Shown: positions 57,291 through 64,000 of the stretch, piece after piece
Numbering within the stretch: the stretch's first letter is position 1
How the letters are laid out: each line of letters opens with the position of its first letter
The notes under the pieces: generated by a model
The model's database searches: none
Told to the model about the DNA's origin: nothing
What the model saw: the letters and a program-made list of their open reading frames with translations, nothing else
Source of the DNA: Eledone cirrhosa
Taxonomy: Eukaryota
Assembly: GCA_964016885.1 (NCBI GenBank)
Contig: OZ024741.1
Span: 63,178,001-63,242,000 of the forward strand
DNA length: 64,000 nt
Direction of reading: 5' to 3'
Program-made: the position numbers and the translations under genes

Positions 57291-57987
57291 TTTTAACTTA
57301 TTGTTTAGCTCTAGTCTTTTTTAAAAACTATTGAGCGCTTGCCAGCATTTCTACGATTTTGCGTTTCGTTTCGCTTTTTCTACCAGCCGAAATACGATTC
57401 TCGCTGAATTATATTTGTATTAATCTCCCGAGTTTTACAATTAACCTTTTAATAATTCTATTGACAGATTAATTGCATAAGTTTATTGGAAACCCCGATC
57501 GAATCGTAATGGCATTCTCATAACTCTTTAAAACTGGCGGAGCCCATCTACGCCCCAGGTCTGAAACACGACTACTTTTTTCCAGAAAAGGAGAGAAAGG
57601 GTAAAAAAGACGGAGTGAGAAAGATATATAGAAGAAGAATCTAACATATTTAGTACTAGACCGGTTCTATATTTATAGCCTTCGAAGATTACATGCAATG
57701 TAAATCACACAAAGTGTCCAGAAAGCCTGAATGAATGCGACAAAGCATTCTCTCTGTCTCTGCAAAGCACCGCCTCCATAAACTATTATTTACACGAATT
57801 TATTACTATATGTAAGCAAGGTTCATCTTACTAATATTGATTTAAAAAGCAAATGGTATCGGTGCAAATTACTATCGGCGAAACAGACACTATTTATAAT
57901 AAATAATAGTAGAATTTCCAAACACTATGTAAGTCGGTATACACAGAGAGACAAACAAGTAGACCGACAGACAGACATACGTACACG

Positions 57988-58020
<33 letters not shown>

Positions 58021-58023
<3 letters not shown>

Positions 58024-58417
58024 TTCTATTTAAATTGTTGAGATACAACAAGCAAATATTTTTATAACTGATATAAAGCACTCAACACATTATTGGAGTA
58101 AAAATACGATATATTAACAAATGGAAACTATATTTATAAAACCATATTTATTTCATTATACATATTTCAAGGACACCAAGTTAAATTATGGTGTGCTTTC
58201 ATCAGATAAAATATAGAGCAGTTTTATAAATATCCGGGAGCTTCCAACAGAAATGGTCGCATTCTTTAAGGGTATGTCAATATTTATTTATAAAACTGCT
58301 CTATATTATATTTTATCTGATGAAAGCACACCATAATTTAACTTGATGTCCTTGAAATATGTATAATGAAATAAATAAGGTTTTATAAATATAGTTTTCA
58401 TTTGTTAATATATCGTA
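58021..58417. mobile_element. Tail + fold-back (58105-58232 / 58286-58417) with hammerheads at 58149-58213 (-) and 58309-58373 (+)
   Basis: tattttat CTGATGA aagcacacca...tgatgtcctt GAAA tatgta TA atgaaata. Confidence 0.9.
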
Positions 58418-58442
58418 TATATATATATATATATATATATAT

Positions 58443-59029
<587 letters not shown>

Positions 59030-59057
59030 TATATACATATATATATATATATACATT

Positions 59058-59131
<74 letters not shown>

Positions 59132-59136
59132 TATAT

Positions 59137-59164
<28 letters not shown>

Positions 59165-59173
<9 letters not shown>

Positions 59174-59645
59174 TAAACAAATAATGAATAAACAATTCCT
59201 TATATTAAACAAAAAAAGTTCATTATTTAACGATCGTTTCTAGGATATATATGTGTTAGAATTGGTATGCATATTTAACAGATCTATGTACAAAATTATA
59301 CAAAATTATACAAATTATCAAGATTAAATATACATACCAACACATATATACGCCGTCTTGATAATTTGTATAATTTTGTATAATTTTGTACATAGATCTG
59401 TTAAATATGCATACCAATTCTAACACATATATATCCTAGAAACGATCGTTAAATAATGAACTTTTTTTGTTTAATATAAGGAATTGTTTATTCATTATTT
59501 GTTTAATATTTTATCTTGACTCTGTATACCGTTTATCTTTCACCGAAAGTGATTTTTCATTACATCTCTTCTTTCCATGATATCCGGAATACATTGAGTT
59601 CTTCATACGGATTGGACACTACCGTAAACTCTTGGTAGATTTATC

Positions 59646-59648
<3 letters not shown>
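59165..59648. mobile_element. Fold-back (59165-59323 / 59356-59514) + tail; hammerhead 3' half only
   Basis: 159-bp arms containing GAAA cgatcg TT aaataa. Confidence 0.88.
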
Positions 59649-59702
<54 letters not shown>

Positions 59703-61787
59703 TTATATATATATACACATATATATATATATATATACTTCAATATACGTATATATAAATATATATATGTGTTTGTGAGTATGTGTGTGAATACGGTTTG
59801 AAGTGAAATTAGGTTTTCTACTAATTTCTCACTTCGTAAGTTATAGTAATTTCTGTTGTTTAGTGAAGATGAAAATTTCAGATGTTTTTTTTTATACAAA
59901 TTCACATTGAACATATTTGTTATACAAACTTCTTTGTTTTGTTTTAATATTTCATATAACATCAAAGGATTTGTAGAAGTCGCTTTAATGTTTATACGCG
60001 CACAATAATTTGCTCTCTATCTCTTACACACACACACATACCCCCCCTCCCCCATACACACACAGACAGAGAATCATATGAAAACTCATTACGCAAATGG
60101 TACACTATCATTGTGCTTCCAGACGTTTATTGTTGTTTGCTTCTAACTACATCCTTATAGGTTATTTTATGTACACGGAATTGGGTAATATACGTGTTTG
60201 GTTGATCGCAGGCATTGTATACTTTCAAGATAATCTATTATTTTATATAATGTCTACGTAATCATATCAGAGGGGAAATGAGATACATTTAAAAGATGGC
60301 AAAATAATAGTTATCCTATTTGTTTCTTTATTTTATTGGATAGAGGGAAATCTATTTTTACAGCAGGATGAGTAGCAACAAGTAAATACTATTGACATTT
60401 AATCTGCTGATCCCGGGGGAAAAATGGAATTATTCAATTTATTGATTTGAATTAAGAAATCAATGGCCCAGCAAAAATGGCTACTTTAATGTTTGAATTT
60501 AGCAACATCGCAAACACATTTAATTGTTTTTTTGTTTTGCTTGCAAACGACACAATATTGTTGTAAAGGTACAACAAAATAGTGTATAGACATATCTCTA
60601 GAGAACAAATTATGTGACCTCCTCATTGATACACTAATATATTCTAAATATTTTATTTTGCATGGCGTATACAAATAAAAGCATCGTTAAGTTGGTGTTA
60701 ACATATTTAATGTACTGAACAATAAAATCTTAGTTTCCCGCACTGACCATTGAATTTAAATATGATAATTTACTCAATTTTTAGGAATAATACTTTTATC
60801 ACCACGTTGGCACATCGCTGAAAAGATATTAAAAAGAATGTAATATTTACGAAGTTGTTCCCAATAGTCATAATTATCTATTTAGGGCTAAAACCTTTTC
60901 TCATAGAAAGATTGATCTGATTCAAATCATTGTAGGACGTTCTGATCTGCAGTGTAGGATTGCATGTGAATAATTGTTTCTACTTTTGGCACAAAGCCAG
61001 CAATTACCCAGTGCATTACTGGTACTTTATTTTATCGTCCCTGTAAGGATGAAAGGCAAAGTTAACCTCGCGAGATTTGAACTCAGAATGCCAAGGGCCG
61101 TAACTCTATGAGTCAAGGCATGATGTCCGATCCTCTACTGATACTGCCAATCCACCGCCCCTGCTTTGCATGTAAATAATAATTATAAAATATACGATTA
61201 GCAACCAAATATCTTGAATATTATTGTCCTTATTTTTAAAGGTCAATACATAGTTACTTCCTTATATTTAATGAGATTCAATCTTGCTTGTTTAGATTTT
61301 GCCATTCGTATTTTAGTTGAAAATTAAATAACAATTAAATACTTGGGTCAATATAACAGATCGTCCTCAAGGACAAAAATGTGTAGCCTATGCAGGAAAG
61401 CAATAAGGTAGCAGATTGGCAGAATCATCGAACAAAATGCCTCGCAGTAATTTGTTAGGTTTATTTATATTTTGAATTCAAATATCACTGGAATCTGTTT
61501 TGAAATCTTTCATTATCTAAAAATATGATCATTTAAGTGTGCATGCATGGATATAAAACTCCTGGTTCATTCGTAAATGCGTCATCGTGATATAAGGCTT
61601 GTTTGGGCATCTTCTAAACATGGAGGATCCTACCTTCCCTCCAGATCTGAACATGGCTGAGAAGTAAGTGGCTCTAGAAGGAGAAGGATATGAGAAAGAG
61701 ATACAGTGGTAGATTTGACCCCCACTGCAGGACCTCAGCAGGTTTTGAACTCGGTACACAGAGAGCCGGAAAGAATAACGCAAGTTG

Positions 61788-61821
<34 letters not shown>

Positions 61822-61904
61822 ATCATTTGTCTTCATCATACACATCAAGTTTTGTGTTATTCCCAAAGTTAGAAATAATTATCTTTGTTATAAAAGGAAC
61901 TTAC

Positions 61905-62064
61905 AATTGTAGTGATCACTGATAAACGGCCATAAATCATAGATGATTGACTTTCGTGCTGCGATACAATCTGATCAACGTATAGAAGCAGTCGTATTAT
62001 CACTTGTATGATCATGGCACAGAACAGGTTCTTGTGTATTCTAGTGCGGTGACATTTCAAACTT
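61905..62064 (-). CDS. PDFR: Exon (ICL1-TM2-ECL1) of a class B/secretin-family GPCR, PDF receptor-like
   Basis: Polypyrimidine tract + ttgcAG acceptor, GTAAGT donor; 160 nt, phase 2 to 0. Encodes SLKCHRTRIHKNLFCAMIIQVIIRLLLYVDQ..., matching the PDFR-type RT(R/K)IHKNLFxAMxxQVIIRLxLYxDQ signature. Gene symbol is by motif recognition only. Confidence 0.9.
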
Positions 62065-62406
62065 CTGCAAATAGAGAAGACAAAGAAGAGTATATTAGAA
62101 TTAGAGTATTATATATGTTATTATAGTTGGAGAATTTAACAAGACGTCAGCCCTGATCAAACACGTATCATTTAAAATATTGCAACGAAATCTATCGAAT
62201 TTCAGCGAAAAAATGTTTAGCGGTATTTATTCCGAGACTGTGCGTTCTGACTCAAAATCTGAACAAGGTCATCTTTGCCTATCATTCTTTTGAGCTCGTT
62301 AAAATAAAGTATAAATTATATTCTTAATTGTAATATCAATGATGAGACAAAACGTCAGAATGAAATGGAATCTACTTCGAAGATGCCTCCTCATTTAATA
62401 GATTCA

Positions 62407-62472
<66 letters not shown>

Positions 62473-62474
<2 letters not shown>

Positions 62475-63854
62475 GGAGGTGAGTTTTATTGTAGTACAAT
62501 AAAGCAATGCAGATATCGGATAAGAAGCACTCTACAGTTTGTAGGACTGGAGTATACATAATATAAGATCAAAAGATGGTTAAAGGAGTCCCATGTATTT
62601 TATTATGCGCATTTCAAAAACAAACATCATCATGCAATAATATTTGTGTTTTCATCAGATAAAACAGGAGAACATGATATGAAGGCTAAAAAACACTTGT
62701 GGATAGTGCAGTTTTAAATCAACATATGAAAAGTGGTTTTAGATTGATGTGTGATATTGGGAAAAAATATTTTATTTAGAGAGGGGGGGTGGAAAGGATG
62801 AAAAGGGGGAGGAGATGAGAGGGAGAGATGGGTGATAGAGAGAAAGAGATAGTTTTTATAACTGAGAAAAAGATATATTGTTTTACATAGAGAGGTTGAG
62901 AACCGTTGGAAGATAATGTATAAATTAAAGGAATTTGAAAATTAACGAAGGGAATTTATGTATGAAGATAGAGAGAAAAAATAATAATTGTGGATGAATA
63001 TTCTAACGTCAAAAAAAGTGTATGTTGATAAGTATTGTGGCAATTTCAAAATTAACGAAGAGAAAAATTATTACGGTTTGTGTGTAGAAGGATTTGAGAA
63101 AAATAATGTGAAGTTAAAGTTTGTATATTGAAGGAATTGATAATATATGCGAATAAAGAGTTAATATGTATTAAGAATGAGTTCGTTGATGGGGAGAAAA
63201 AAATAATAAATTAAGGATGAAATTGAGATTAAAACGATTTATGATAGAGAGAAAAAATAATAATGATTGCGGATGAATATTCTAACGTCAAAAAAACAAA
63301 TGTATATGTTATGAAGGATTTTACAAGGTGAAGATAGAATGAGGGTAATGAGTAAACAAGTATTATAGAGTGTATAATTTCTCTCTATCACCCATCTCTC
63401 CCTCTCCACCTTCACTCTCATCTCCTCCCCCTTTTTTCATCCCCCCCCCCTCCCTAAATAAAATATTTTTTCCTCGTTGATTTTCAAATTCTTTTAATTC
63501 ATACATTATCTTCCAACTGTTTTCAACCTCTCTATGTAAAACAATATATCTCCTCTCAGTTATAAAAACTATCTCTTTCTCTCTATCACCCATCTCTCCC
63601 TCTCATCTCCTCCCCTTTTTCATCCTCCCCCCACCCCCTCTCTAAATAAAATATTTTCCCCAATATCACACATCAATCTAAAACCACTTTTCATATGTTG
63701 ATTTAAAACTGCACTATCCACAAGTGTTTTTTAGCCTTCATATCATGTTCTCCTGTTTTATCTGATGAAAACACAAATATTATTGCATGATGATGTTTGT
63801 TTTTGAAATTCGCATAATAAAATACATGGAACTCCTTTAACCATCTTTTGATCT

Positions 63855-63863
<9 letters not shown>
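62473..63863. mobile_element. Long copy of the 58443 family: tail + arms about 62558-62950 / 63470-63863; hammerheads at 62597-62665 (-) and 63755-63823 (+)
   Basis: Same gtaggaggtgagttttattgtagtac tail and ribozyme; purine/pyrimidine strand switch near 63375. Confidence 0.92.
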
Positions 63864-63893
<30 letters not shown>

Positions 63894-64000
63894 GAGATGT
63901 GTAATATACATATATATATATATAAATGTAAGTATGTATGTATGCATACATATATGTATACAGACGTACAGTAGTATGCATATATATACATACATGCACA

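Overview
AT-rich, microsatellite-dense eukaryotic DNA. The SINE and LINE content looks like a coleoid cephalopod, most likely Octopus (recognised from memory, not searched). The whole window lies inside one minus-strand gene. Four phase-compatible GT-AG exons (62064-61905, 46571-46415, 12955-12895, 2042-1973) encode TM2 to the start of TM5 of a class B GPCR resembling the PDF receptor. The introns hold decayed LINEs (R4/RLE, RTE, CR1/L2-like), tRNA-type SINEs and several Penelope-like element (PLE) remnants, one near full length with direct terminal repeats. The main signal is about 20 fold-back (inverted-repeat) insertions sitting in (TA)n tracts. They belong to many unrelated short non-coding families, and many carry type I hammerhead ribozymes (CUGANGA...GAAA...NUH) with covarying stem I. 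They share one layout: tail + arm + spacer + inverted arm without tail. Several show circularly permuted units of about 330-560 nt, one folds back exactly at the predicted ribozyme cleavage site, and many share an ACTC...GAGTRCT tail motif also present in the coding PLE. I interpret this as a PLE-mobilised, (TA)n-targeted, retrozyme-like system. All folds and coordinates were derived by eye; ribozyme activity and novelty are untested.
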